Below, piece by piece: positions 48,830 to 57,882 of a stretch of DNA of 64,000 bases. Each line of letters opens with the position of its first letter. The stretch's first letter is position 1. The notes beneath the pieces are model-generated. The model was not told the DNA's origin, ran no database searches, and saw nothing but the letters and a program-made list of their open reading frames with translations. Source of the DNA: a virus; IMG/VR virus record IMGVR_UViG_3300031576_000034, positions 4,367 through 68,366 of that record; one strand, 5' to 3'. The translations under genes and the position numbers were made by a program.

Positions 48830-49260
48830 CCCCCGACGAGATCGCGCGCCTGCGGGCGCTGCTTGAGAGCATCGACGCGGCGGGCGCGTACACCGACCGC
48901 CTCGCGCGCGAACAGGTGGAGCGTGCTCGCGACGCGATCATCGCCGAGGTGCCCGCCCTACTCGACGCGCTCGAAGCGGCGACATCGGGCGAGGAGATCA
49001 AGAACAACGCGTTGCGTGAGTTGGAAGCGGTGCTGCTCCGACACGAGAACCGCATCGCCGAGGCGACGCGCGAGCGGGACGAGGCGCGGGCGGACGCCAA
49101 GTCTCTGCGCAGGACCGTTCAGCCTGCGGGTGTTGCGGCGCAGCTCGCGTATGACGCGGCAATCCTGCACGGCACCGCGCCGCAGTGGAAGAAGCCCGAA
49201 GGGAGTGGCACAAACGCAACCGATGACGCGGCGGTGCGTGCGGCGAAGGAGAAGCCGTGA
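48826..49260 (+). CDS. coiled-coil hypothetical protein
   Basis: 4-nt overlaps; ERDEARA. Confidence 0.65.
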   Translation: MTPDEIARLRALLESIDAAGAYTDRLAREQVERARDAIIAEVPALLDALEAATSGEEIKNNALRELEAVLLRHENRIAEATRERDEARADAKSLRRTVQPAGVAAQLAYDAAILHGTAPQWKKPEGSGTNATDDAAVRAAKEKP

Positions 49261-49445
49261 AGAGGGGCGAGAAGATCGATCCGTGGATGCGTGGTTACGC
49301 CGCCGCACTGGCGAACATCATCCGCACCAACGGCGAAACAGGCCTCGCGAAGATCGCGATGGACTCGGACAACCTCACATTTCAGGACTTCGTGAACGCT
49401 GGCGTCGAGCGGTACGACCTCGACGCGCTCAGGAAAGCACGATGA
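49257..49445 (+). CDS. hypothetical protein
   Basis: AAGGAG RBS; overlaps. Confidence 0.65.
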   Translation: MKRGEKIDPWMRGYAAALANIIRTNGETGLAKIAMDSDNLTFQDFVNAGVERYDLDALRKAR

Positions 49446-49935
49446 CCCCCGCTGACATCGAGCGCCTGCGGGCACGACTCGCCCATGAGCACGATGCATC
49501 GTGCTACCACACGAGCGCAGATCACTGCGCCGACCACCATCGGCACGACGAGCAGTGCACCCGCGCGCTCAGGTGCCGCCTGCCTGACGAGCGCATCTCA
49601 CGCGCGCAGGCGCTCGCGCTGCTCGACTCGGTGGAGCGCCTGACGCGCGAGCGCGACATGGCCACGCTGGCTCTTGCGTGGGCACGCGAGGCGTTGAGGA
49701 TGGGCGAGAACGACGGCGCTCCGGGTGACTACGCCCGCGCGGCGTTTCATCTCGTCGAGGGCAGCAATCGCGAGCGCGACGAGGCCGTGGCCCGCGAGGC
49801 GGCGCTGCGGGAGGCGGCGCAGTTGGTGGTTGATGCGCTCCGATTCGACCCGGACGGCACCGGCCCGACTCGGCAGACGCTGACCGACGCGCGCGCGCGA
49901 TACTCCGCGCCGCGCTCACGCGCGTGGGTGGGTGA
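49442..49935 (+). CDS. His-rich coiled-coil hypothetical protein; 3' end uncertain
   Basis: MTPADIERLRAR..HEHDASCYH..; frame stays open into later genes, so a frameshift is probable. Confidence 0.4.
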
Positions 49936-50174
49936 TGGCTCTCACGGACGGCACACGGACGACCGCGCGCTATCGCTGCTGCGAGCAGTGGGGTGGTGGG
50001 CGGGCGTGGCGGTGCATCAACGGCGGGCCATTGCGCCGAGGGGCTCGGTGGAAAGCGGGGCGAGATGCGACGCTGTACCCCGCGGGCTGTGTCCTCGTGG
50101 TCAAGACAACGACGATCATCGAAGAGGGCCGCGAGAAGGGGCGACAGAAGCGCGCGGCGAAGGAGGGGACGTGA
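49932..50174 (+). CDS. hypothetical protein
   Basis: ends RAAKEGT with an RBS for the next gene. Confidence 0.45.
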   Translation: MMALTDGTRTTARYRCCEQWGGGRAWRCINGGPLRRGARWKAGRDATLYPAGCVLVVKTTTIIEEGREKGRQKRAAKEGT

Positions 50175-50431
50175 CGACTGCCAAGGACCGACGCGAGCTG
50201 GTCGAGTCGAGCTTCGCCACTGTGCGGATCGAGTGCTCCTCGTGCGGCGGCGAAGCGGAGATAGACGTGGAGTTCGTGGTGCAGTCCCCGGGCGAACACC
50301 CATACGGGCACCGCTTCGATCTCCCGGAGGGGTGGACGATCAACGCACCCGAAGGCGCTCTTTGTGGCGTCGGACTCACGTGCGCGGAGTGCAACGGCAC
50401 GCCGAAGAAGCGGAAGAGGAACAAGCCGTGA
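50171..50431 (+). CDS. Zn-ribbon hypothetical protein
   Basis: CSSCG..PEGW..CAEC. Confidence 0.65.
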   Translation: MTTAKDRRELVESSFATVRIECSSCGGEAEIDVEFVVQSPGEHPYGHRFDLPEGWTINAPEGALCGVGLTCAECNGTPKKRKRNKP

Positions 50432-50715
50432 CACCGACACCGAGGAACTATTCGATCCACGGGCTGATCGGCCCGGCCGAGTCGCGCAAAGCCTGTCGCA
50501 AGTGTTTGCTCTGCGGGCACCGTAACCATTGTCACGCGATGATCAAAGTCGGCGTGCGTCACTACGTCCACGCGCGCTGTGCGATCGACAACGACCCGGC
50601 GATCATCGGCCGGATGCCGCACTGGATCCTCTCTCAGTTGCCGATCTCGGCGTTCGACGGGCAGGACAAGGCATTCCTGACCCGCGTGCTGCGCCTCGTG
50701 AGAGACACGCCGTGA
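50428..50715 (+). CDS. Zn-binding hypothetical protein
   Basis: CLLCG..HARC; overlaps. Confidence 0.6.
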   Translation: MTPTPRNYSIHGLIGPAESRKACRKCLLCGHRNHCHAMIKVGVRHYVHARCAIDNDPAIIGRMPHWILSQLPISAFDGQDKAFLTRVLRLVRDTP

Positions 50716-50960
50716 CCGACCAACACGCTCTCAATCGCGCCGTGGGTCTGGCGCGGTCGCCGGAAACTCGCAACGCCGCAGTGAAGGCTGCCCGTGCGCA
50801 CGGACGCGAGGTTGCGCGGCTGTTGCGGGTCTGGGCCGTGACGTTGCCGGTACTCAACTATCCTGCCCACCGCGAAGCTCGAAAGCTCGCTCAGCGCGCA
50901 CTTCGGATCGACGCGGAATACGCAGCGAAGCGGGGGCGCGCGGCGAAGGAGGGAACGTGA
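50712..50960 (+). CDS. basic hypothetical protein
   Basis: 4-nt overlaps; ends RAAKEGT. Confidence 0.55.
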   Translation: MTDQHALNRAVGLARSPETRNAAVKAARAHGREVARLLRVWAVTLPVLNYPAHREARKLAQRALRIDAEYAAKRGRAAKEGT

Positions 50961-51766
50961 CCGACATCGATCTGACAGGGTTGGAGGCAGCCGTGTACCG
51001 GGCGACAGCGGAGATAGATCGCTTGCGCGCCGAGCGCGATGCCGCCCTCGCTCGCGCTGAGGCCGCGGAGGCGCGCATCGCGGAGTTGCAGCAGGCGTGG
51101 CCGCACATGGTCGACCGGCACCGCGCGTTGGAAGGCGAGCGCGACGCAGCCACCGTTGCGTTCGCGGAGGCGACGCGAGCCACGGATGCACACGCGCGAG
51201 CCACGGATGCACACGGTTGCGCTCTGACGCCGGAACGCGAGGCCGATCTGCGCGCGGCGCTGACGACGAATAGCAACTGGGCGCCGACGTTCGTACGTGA
51301 GGTGTTCGCGGCACTCGACGCGGCTCGTGCACATGCCAGGCATGCTCGTGCAACGATGATCGAAGCCTGCAACTCCGGCGGCCTCGCGCTTCGTCGTGAG
51401 CGGGACAAGCACGCCGCTGCGCTCGCGGAGGTCGCACGGTGCGTGCGGGAGGAGCGATGGGCGTGGGAGCGGAAGGCGCGGGAACGGTCGGAGAGAGCGT
51501 GGCATGCAGCGCCGCGACGACGGCTACAGCCCCTCCGAGACGCCGTTCTCGCCGCCACCGACGCCGCCCTCGCCTCCGGCGCCGCTGCCGGGGCGCGCGT
51601 GATCGAGGCGGCGCAGGTGCAGGGGGCGCAGTGGGAGCAGCAGCGGGTGCTGGCTCGCTTGCACGGGGCCACGGTGCGACTCGCCGACGGCAGTCTTGGA
51701 GACGCCGACATCATGGGTTGGCCCGATCCGGCCGAGGTCGTCGCAGCGCGGAGGGGCAAGCCGTGA
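50957..51766 (+). CDS. Ala-rich coiled-coil hypothetical protein
   Basis: AAGGAGG RBS; internal 21-bp duplication at 51174-51215. Confidence 0.6.
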   Translation: MTDIDLTGLEAAVYRATAEIDRLRAERDAALARAEAAEARIAELQQAWPHMVDRHRALEGERDAATVAFAEATRATDAHARATDAHGCALTPEREADLRAALTTNSNWAPTFVREVFAALDAARAHARHARATMIEACNSGGLALRRERDKHAAALAEVARCVREERWAWERKARERSERAWHAAPRRRLQPLRDAVLAATDAALASGAAAGARVIEAAQVQGAQWEQQRVLARLHGATVRLADGSLGDADIMGWPDPAEVVAARRGKP

Positions 51767-52296
51767 CCGCCCCGCTCACCGACGAACGCCTCGCGGAGAT
51801 CGAGGAGATCCTCGACGGCGGCTCGATGTACGGTCGGGCGCGCCTGCACCTCGCAGCGGATAATCTGCTTGCCGAGATCCGCCGCCTTCGCGCGCAGGGC
51901 GCGATGGAGCGCGACGCTGTTCTCGACGAACTGCGCCACGTGAAGGAGCAGCGGGCCAGGCTGCGGGCCACGACGATGCCGACGGTAATCTGTCAACGCG
52001 CCTGGGGCGAAGAGGACGACTGGTGGGTGGTCGTCTACGAGAACGCGGGCCGGCTTGCCGGAGCATCGGTCGAGGGCACCGGCGCGGAGATGCGTGCGCT
52101 CGCGCAGGGCATCATCGAAGGCGATGGCTACCACGCGGTGCGGTGTGCCGTTCGCCGCGCACGCAACGGAAACTGGCAGGTCTGGTCGCCACGCAATCAC
52201 GCGAGCGACCGGCTGCCGGAGATCAGTCCGGCGCAAGCGCAGGGGCTTGCGGGGCAGATCCTCCGCGACGTGCCCGACGCGATGGAGGGGCCGTGA
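51763..52296 (+). CDS. hypothetical protein
   Basis: MTAPLTDERLAEIE..WQVWSPRN. Confidence 0.65.
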   Translation: MTAPLTDERLAEIEEILDGGSMYGRARLHLAADNLLAEIRRLRAQGAMERDAVLDELRHVKEQRARLRATTMPTVICQRAWGEEDDWWVVVYENAGRLAGASVEGTGAEMRALAQGIIEGDGYHAVRCAVRRARNGNWQVWSPRNHASDRLPEISPAQAQGLAGQILRDVPDAMEGP

Positions 52297-52583
52297 GCCG
52301 GCTGCGAGAGGTCGTGCGCGCGTCGGTTGTCGCGATCGACGCGGGCGGCCAGTCGACGGCGCGCGTGCACGCGGAGATCGTTCGTGCTGCGCTCGCGGAG
52401 CGAGGGCTCGGCGCAGACTGCCACGTGGTATCCCCTGGCAACCCGCGGATCCCACTGAACGACGAACAGATCCTGGAATGGTACGCCGGACAGCTCCTCG
52501 CGATCGTCGACGGCGGCACGTGGTTCGCGATGAACGCGTGGATCAACTGCGCCGAGAAGTTCGCAGGCATCACGCCTGCTTGA
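52293..52583 (+). CDS. hypothetical protein
   Basis: GGAGG RBS; overlap. Confidence 0.55.
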   Translation: MSRLREVVRASVVAIDAGGQSTARVHAEIVRAALAERGLGADCHVVSPGNPRIPLNDEQILEWYAGQLLAIVDGGTWFAMNAWINCAEKFAGITPA

Positions 52584-52715
52584 GATGCGCGCGGCGCGGT
52601 CGTGATTCTGACTCGACGCGATCTCGCCATCGTGGGACATGTGGACGCCGTGACCCCCTCTCACACGACCGCCCAAGGACAACTGGCTCGCTGTGCGGGT
52701 CCACAGGAGTGAACG

Positions 52716-53030
52716 ATGGCAACGAAGAAGACGAAGAAGACGAAGAAGACATCGCCGTACGTGGTGATCCGCACGTACAGTGCGGGCGTCCATGTCGGCG
52801 AACTGGTTGCGCGGACCGGCTCGGAGGCCCTGCTGCGCAACGCACGCCGCCTGTGGAGCTGGTCGGGCGGGCGGCTGTCGCTGCACGAGGTCGCGACGGA
52901 GGGCGCGCGCAGCGGCGACCGCATCAGTGTGGCGATCTCGGAGATCACGCTTGTCGGCGTGATCGAGGTGCTCGCAACGACGGCGGATGGCGAGCACTCG
53001 CTGCGCGTCGCGCCCCCGTACAAGTCGTGA
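52716..53030 (+). CDS. conserved-type phage protein (DUF6948-like)
   Basis: YVVIRTYSAGVHVG..ARRLWSW..SLHEVA; AGGAG RBS. Confidence 0.8.
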   Translation: MATKKTKKTKKTSPYVVIRTYSAGVHVGELVARTGSEALLRNARRLWSWSGGRLSLHEVATEGARSGDRISVAISEITLVGVIEVLATTADGEHSLRVAPPYKS

Positions 53031-53248
53031 TCGACCCCGTGACCGGCCTGCCGCAGATCTCCGGCTACGGCTCTGGCTACGGCCCTGGCTACGGCCCTGG
53101 TTACGGCTACGGCTCTGGCTACGGCTACGGCTCCGGCGACGGCGGCGGCTCCGGCAGCGGCTCCGGCTCCGGCTCCGGCGGCGGCTCCGGATCCGGCGAC
53201 GGCGACGGCTCCGGCTCCGGCGACGGCGACGGCTCCGGCTCCGCATGA
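53027..53248 (+). CDS. Gly-Ser/Tyr/Asp low-complexity repeat protein
   Basis: GYGSGYGPG..GSGDGDGSG; 4-nt overlaps on both sides. Confidence 0.65.
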   Translation: MIDPVTGLPQISGYGSGYGPGYGPGYGYGSGYGYGSGDGGGSGSGSGSGSGGGSGSGDGDGSGSGDGDGSGSA

Positions 53249-53547
53249 CCCACGCGCACACAACCGCGCAGGACTGCACCGTCACCGTCCGCCTCGTCGG
53301 CGCGAGCGCGGAGATCGTCGGCGAGAGCGTGGAGATCGTCGTGCAGCAGCCCTCGCTGCACCGCGCGTGGTGCGCCAGGCTGCATCCGGGCTGGCTGCCG
53401 ACGCGCCCGGACCCCGTCGAGCGGAAGTGCGACTGCGGCGCCGGGAGCGTGCGGACGTTCACCTGCTCGCAGGAAGATGCGGGCGCGATCGGGTCGATGC
53501 TCGTCTTTGCGGCACGCCCACGGCCGAGCGACGACGGGGGCGGGTGA
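53245..53547 (+). CDS. hypothetical protein
   Basis: HRAWC..CDCG; overlaps. Confidence 0.55.
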   Translation: MTHAHTTAQDCTVTVRLVGASAEIVGESVEIVVQQPSLHRAWCARLHPGWLPTRPDPVERKCDCGAGSVRTFTCSQEDAGAIGSMLVFAARPRPSDDGGG

Positions 53548-53753
53548 TGCTCGACACACTCAACCATGCCTGGTACGCGGTGACGCGCCCTGGGGACTGC
53601 CTCTGCGCGATGTGCCTCGGCGCGTGCGGCGACTGCTGCAAGCCGGCGATCGTGCCGATCAGGTCGCGTGCTCGCAAGGGATACACACCGTGCTGCGAGA
53701 CGTGCGCGGTAAAGCGAGCGAAGAAGATGCGCGCAGCGCGGAGGGGCAAGTGA
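53547..53753 (+). CDS. small Cys-rich protein
   Basis: CLCAMC..CGDCC..CCETC. Confidence 0.55.
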   Translation: MLDTLNHAWYAVTRPGDCLCAMCLGACGDCCKPAIVPIRSRARKGYTPCCETCAVKRAKKMRAARRGK

Positions 53754-54124
53754 TCGCGCTCGCGCAGTACCTCGACTGCGACGACCTGTGGGCGGACGAA
53801 CAGCGGACCCAAGAGGACCTGTTCGAGCGCGAGGCGGAGCGTCACGATCTGCTCGCGTTCATCGCTGAGGGCACGAACACGATCTTCGACCCTGCGTGGC
53901 GACCGCCGCCATGCGGCCAAGGAGGGCCGCCGTGCATCACACCGTGCAGCGGGAGCATCGTGGTCGTGGACTACGACACGCTCGCGTGGAAGACGCGTGA
54001 CGAGGGCTTCCTTGTCTTCGTCGTGTACGCGGAGCCGCGACCGGTGACGACGGGATGGACGTGCGCGGCGGAGTGGATCCCCGCGCACCGCGTGCGCTCC
54101 CCGTGGCCCGCGAGGACGCCGTGA
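53750..54124 (+). CDS. hypothetical protein
   Basis: GGAGG RBS; overlaps. Confidence 0.55.
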   Translation: MIALAQYLDCDDLWADEQRTQEDLFEREAERHDLLAFIAEGTNTIFDPAWRPPPCGQGGPPCITPCSGSIVVVDYDTLAWKTRDEGFLVFVVYAEPRPVTTGWTCAAEWIPAHRVRSPWPARTP

Positions 54125-54357
54125 GCGGCTACGTCAAGCGTCGCGCACGGTCGCAGGCGTGGCGCGCGTTTCGCGCTACGGCCCGCGCGTTCCGCGGACG
54201 GCGCGGCATGTGGGCCCGCTACGACTCGGCGCCGCAGTACCAGGACGGCGGTTCGGGTGGTCGCGTCGTCGTGTGGCTCGCGGAGCCGCTCGTGCTCAAC
54301 GGCGTCACCTTCGGCGAACACCACAGCCGCATCGTCGTCTCAGGCGACCGGCCGTGA
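54121..54357 (+). CDS. hypothetical protein
   Basis: GAGG RBS; overlap. Confidence 0.5.
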   Translation: MSGYVKRRARSQAWRAFRATARAFRGRRGMWARYDSAPQYQDGGSGGRVVVWLAEPLVLNGVTFGEHHSRIVVSGDRP

Positions 54358-54375
54358 CCGCGCCCGCGATCGAGC

Positions 54376-54570
54376 CTACGGATTGCGGTGCGAACCCAGC
54401 GTCGAGCACTCCGCCGCCGTCGCGCGCACGAGCGCCGTCACCTCGTCGTGGCGCACTTTGAACGCTGGCAGGCTTGGATTGCTGCGACGCTGCTCTCTGT
54501 CCGCGCGGAGCTTGCGACGCATCTCCTCGACGAGTTCCGGCGATGGATCTCGATTCCCATTCTTCATCAC
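54376..54570 (-). CDS. small hypothetical protein
   Basis: AAGGAGG RBS; overlaps upstream stop. Confidence 0.55.
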   Translation of the reverse strand: MMKNGNRDPSPELVEEMRRKLRADREQRRSNPSLPAFKVRHDEVTALVRATAAECSTLGSHRNP

Positions 54571-54872
54571 GGCCTCCTTGCTTCCGCAGCGAGCCGATCG
54601 AGCGCCTCGCTGAGCTTCTCGTGGGCCTCGACGGCGCTGCGAGCCATCTCCTGCGCGTCCTTCGTGCGAGCTTCCTGGACCTCATCGAGCCGTTTGTAGA
54701 CACGGAAGAGGGCCCACGCCAGACCGAGGATGACCGCCCCGAGCGGGCCTGCGGCGAGGAGCGACGCGGCGATGCCTGGGTCGGGCTCGAGGCCCGCTTG
54801 GGCGTACACGACGGCGGGAACGGACAAGATCGCGAGGGCCGCGCAGAGCTTGATCAGGCCCGGTGTCGACAT
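54567..54872 (-). CDS. small two-TM membrane protein (holin-like architecture)
   Basis: signal/TM, then GPLGAVILGLAWALF and coiled-coil tail; TGTGGTACACT -10 upstream. Confidence 0.7.
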   Translation of the reverse strand: MSTPGLIKLCAALAILSVPAVVYAQAGLEPDPGIAASLLAAGPLGAVILGLAWALFRVYKRLDEVQEARTKDAQEMARSAVEAHEKLSEALDRLAAEARRP

Positions 54873-54898
54873 GCCTGTGGTAGTGTACCACACACGTC

Positions 54899-56002
54899 GT
54901 GCCGAAGAGGAAGCCGAAGGGTCTCGGGTACCCGCAGCAGCCGTGCGGGCTCTCGTACGAGCAGTTCCGCTCGGGCTGGCGGTACGCGGACGCCTACGAG
55001 TTCATCGCGTTCCGGCCTGAGTCCAAGGGCGTCTCGCAAAAGGCGGTTCTGCGCGAGATGGGGAAGTTGAAGCGCGCGGAATTTGAGCGGTACCGGGATG
55101 AATGCGAGGGAGCTGCGGCGGTCGGGCTCGGCCGCACCTATGCTCAGAAGCGCGCGATCGAGCGTTCGCGGCTCATCACGGTCCCCGAGGCGCAAGCCCG
55201 CGTCGCGTCGAAGGGCCCTGTCCCGACGACGCTCCCAAGCCACATCAAGCCGTTCGCGAACTGGATGGCGTCGCGCCAAGGACACCTCCCGAGCAATCGC
55301 GAGGTGATCAAGGCGTACGTGATCGCGCGATCGAGTGTGATGCGCGGCGGTCTGCCCAAGGCCACGGTCTGCAAGACCTTCCCCGAGTACCGTGAGATCA
55401 AGCGCCTCGCGCAACGCAAGAACGTCCGGCCCGAGGACACGATGGCGACGCTCCTCTTCACGCCAGAGGGCAAGCGGTATCTCGACGCGGCCGAGCGCGG
55501 CCGGCTCGATCAGAAAGCCGCGAAGGCACTCGCCGAGCGCACGGCGTGTTTCGGCTTCTCGAACGAGATGCTCGCCGATCTCGAGTACGCCCCGGGCCTC
55601 GCATGGAAGCGCGACGCTCTTCAGCACGCATACCGCGGCCCGCGCACTGGGTGGATCTCGTTCGTACAAGAGAACGTGAGCGGGATCTCGGCCGCGAAGG
55701 CCGGCTTCTTCGCAGCCCTCCTCGGTCGTGGCGACATGCCGACGTACGATGCGCGCGAGATCGCGCTCTGGCGCCGCAAGAAGCCCAAGAAGGGCTCGCC
55801 CGCTCCCGAGGGTCCGGAGGTCGAGGCGTTCGTCGAGCGGATCAGCGCGTACCCGATGACGCTCGCACCAGAGCACGAGCCCTTCCGCGAGCACCTCGTG
55901 CACCACGCGCTCTGGGAGGCGTACCCGGTCAAGGGCAAGCGGAGCAAGACGACGCACGGGGCGACGATTCGGGCGATGCAGTTCGCTGGAGTGAAGCGAT
56001 GA
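54899..56002 (+). CDS. protein with HhH DNA-glycosylase-like motif and GLG-bounded N-terminal module
   Basis: VSGISAAKAGFFAALLG..PTYD (HhH plus downstream Asp), HHALW; KGLGY and VGLGR; ends QFAGVKR. Confidence 0.7.
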   Translation: MPKRKPKGLGYPQQPCGLSYEQFRSGWRYADAYEFIAFRPESKGVSQKAVLREMGKLKRAEFERYRDECEGAAAVGLGRTYAQKRAIERSRLITVPEAQARVASKGPVPTTLPSHIKPFANWMASRQGHLPSNREVIKAYVIARSSVMRGGLPKATVCKTFPEYREIKRLAQRKNVRPEDTMATLLFTPEGKRYLDAAERGRLDQKAAKALAERTACFGFSNEMLADLEYAPGLAWKRDALQHAYRGPRTGWISFVQENVSGISAAKAGFFAALLGRGDMPTYDAREIALWRRKKPKKGSPAPEGPEVEAFVERISAYPMTLAPEHEPFREHLVHHALWEAYPVKGKRSKTTHGATIRAMQFAGVKR

Positions 56003-56033
56003 AGGTCCGCTTCTACCGCCGACGCCGACGCCG

Positions 56034-56702
56034 ATGACCGAGATCGTCGCGCCCGGCTTCCGCTATCGCCTCACACGCGCCGACGTGCTCTGGGCGGCGC
56101 GAGCTGTCGCCTACGAAACCTCCGACGCCGAGGAGCAGGCCGCAACGCTCTGGACGCTCACGCAGGCGTTCGTCGCCGGCACCGCGAGCGTCCCCGATCC
56201 GCGAAGCCGGTTCGGCACCTTCGCTGATTTCGTTCGAGCCTACGCGCAGCCTGTGAATCCCCTGTGGGATTCGCTCGACGACGACAAGTGCCGCCGGTTT
56301 CCCAACTCGTGCACACCGCGACAAATGGCGCGACGCACCGAGGCGCGGACTGCACGCTTCGACGACTTGGACGAGCTGGCGGAGTTCCGCGATGCCTCGA
56401 ACATCGAGGAAATCGTGACGTTGTGGGCCTCTGGCCTGCTTCCCAACCCTGTACCTGGCGCCGTGGAGTACGCGGCACCGAGCGTCTCCTCGTCGTTCCT
56501 CGCACGCATAGACGACGCGGAGATCGTCAGTCGACAAGACCAATGGTACATCGCGTTGCGACGCAATCGCGCTCAAGCAGAGCGCGTCGCGATGCGTCCT
56601 GGGCCGTATCCGTTCTCGCTTCTAGGCGGCGCGCTCCTCGCCACAACCATCGCCGGAGCGGTTGTCGGCGGAACGTATGTTGCGCTACGCTGGGCCCGAT
56701 GA
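56034..56702 (+). CDS. putative cell-wall hydrolase-like protein with C-terminal TM
   Basis: LWAARAVAYE resembles the SleB-type catalytic Glu helix; C-terminal hydrophobic anchor. Confidence 0.55.
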   Translation: MTEIVAPGFRYRLTRADVLWAARAVAYETSDAEEQAATLWTLTQAFVAGTASVPDPRSRFGTFADFVRAYAQPVNPLWDSLDDDKCRRFPNSCTPRQMARRTEARTARFDDLDELAEFRDASNIEEIVTLWASGLLPNPVPGAVEYAAPSVSSSFLARIDDAEIVSRQDQWYIALRRNRAQAERVAMRPGPYPFSLLGGALLATTIAGAVVGGTYVALRWAR

Positions 56703-56932
56703 AGCTCGACCGCACCGACTGGACCCACCTCGCCTTGCTAACTGCGGGGGCGACCGGGCTTAGCGTCGGTGCGCTGGCCGTGAGTGACGGAATCAGCCCG
56801 CCAGAGCACCCGCGGCCTGTCGAATTTTGGCTCAAAGCCGCTGGCATATTCGCTGCCAGCGCGGCTTTGAGCGTCGGATTGGCAATCGGTGCGGCGGCGG
56901 TAATCGTGAAGATCGAAGGGCTGGACTCGTGA
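56699..56932 (+). CDS. small two-TM membrane protein
   Basis: two hydrophobic helices; 4-nt overlaps. Confidence 0.7.
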   Translation: MKLDRTDWTHLALLTAGATGLSVGALAVSDGISPPEHPRPVEFWLKAAGIFAASAALSVGLAIGAAAVIVKIEGLDS

Positions 56933-57549
56933 GACTCGTACTCGTCGGCGACTCGCACATGGAAGAAGCCGGGCTCGCCCCCGGCCTCATCGACGGCCTG
57001 CGCGCCGCGGGTCTCGAGCCCGTCGCCATCCACGCGACGCGCGGTAAGGGCGTCCGCTGGTACCTCGACGAGGGCCGGCTCGACCGCATCCTCGAAGTCC
57101 ATCGGCCGACGGTGCTCGTCGTCGAACTGGGCGCAAACGATTCGGTGACCACGAGCGGCAGCGAGTACGAGCGTCGGCTCGGCGAGTTCGTCACCAAGGC
57201 GAAGGCCGCAGGCGCCTCGATCGTTTGGATCGGGCCGCCGCACGCCACGGACGCTGAAGTAGGACGCCGCCACGAGGCCGTGGCCAACGTCCAGTCGCTC
57301 TACTTCGACGGGCGCGGTGTGCCGTGGATCGATGCGCGGCCGATGACCGCGGACCTCCAGCACGCCCGGGACGGCGTGCACTTCATACGTACGAGCTACG
57401 ACGAATGGGCGCGCAGACTCGCGCCGGCCGTTGCCGCCGAAGTGAAGGCGCTCGAACGACGCGGCAAGGTGATGCCGATCGCTGTCGGGCTCGTCGCCGG
57501 GCTCATCATCGGCGGGACGGTCGGGGCGATCGTCGCGTTCTCGCGCTAG
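56929..57549 (+). CDS. SGNH/GDSL hydrolase with C-terminal TM anchor
   Basis: VGDSH, ELGAND, DGVH; ends IAVGLVAGLIIGGTVGAIVAFSR. Confidence 0.88.
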   Translation: MRLVLVGDSHMEEAGLAPGLIDGLRAAGLEPVAIHATRGKGVRWYLDEGRLDRILEVHRPTVLVVELGANDSVTTSGSEYERRLGEFVTKAKAAGASIVWIGPPHATDAEVGRRHEAVANVQSLYFDGRGVPWIDARPMTADLQHARDGVHFIRTSYDEWARRLAPAVAAEVKALERRGKVMPIAVGLVAGLIIGGTVGAIVAFSR

Positions 57550-57591
57550 GCGCGGCACTTCCGCTTTTGCGCTGCCGCTCGACGCGCGCGG

Positions 57592-57882
57592 TCATCGGAT
57601 GTCGTCCCCTTGCCCGGCTTCTTCCTCAAGCGCATCGTACCCGCCCGCCTCGGCCCACGTGTCGTGCTGCACCGTCTCTTCGTCGTTGAGATCGGAGCAC
57701 GCCTTGAAGCCGGGCCCGTCCTGCACGAGCGCGGACACGTCGGCGTCTTGGAGGCCGTGCCGAGCGTACGCGATGTCGCACGCCTCGGAGAGCAGCTCTT
57801 CCTCGGTTGAGTCGTTGGGTGCCGAGAGCCACGCCTCGGTGAGGCGTTGGACGTAGGCGGGGATGTCTTTCAAGGTCGTCAT
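57592..57882 (-). CDS. acidic hypothetical protein
   Basis: AAGGAG RBS supplied by the dispersed element; very acidic. Confidence 0.7.
   Translation of the reverse strand: MTTLKDIPAYVQRLTEAWLSAPNDSTEEELLSEACDIAYARHGLQDADVSALVQDGPGFKACSDLNDEETVQHDTWAEAGGYDALEEEAGQGDDIR

Noticed and set aside
48863-50431. Single 522-aa ORF
   Set aside because: It is a chance open frame joining separate small genes that have their own starts and RBSs.
52197-53567. Minus-strand Arg/Ser-repeat ORF of 456 aa
   Set aside because: It is the antisense shadow of the Gly-Ser repeat gene and its neighbours, which have RBSs and overlaps on the plus strand.
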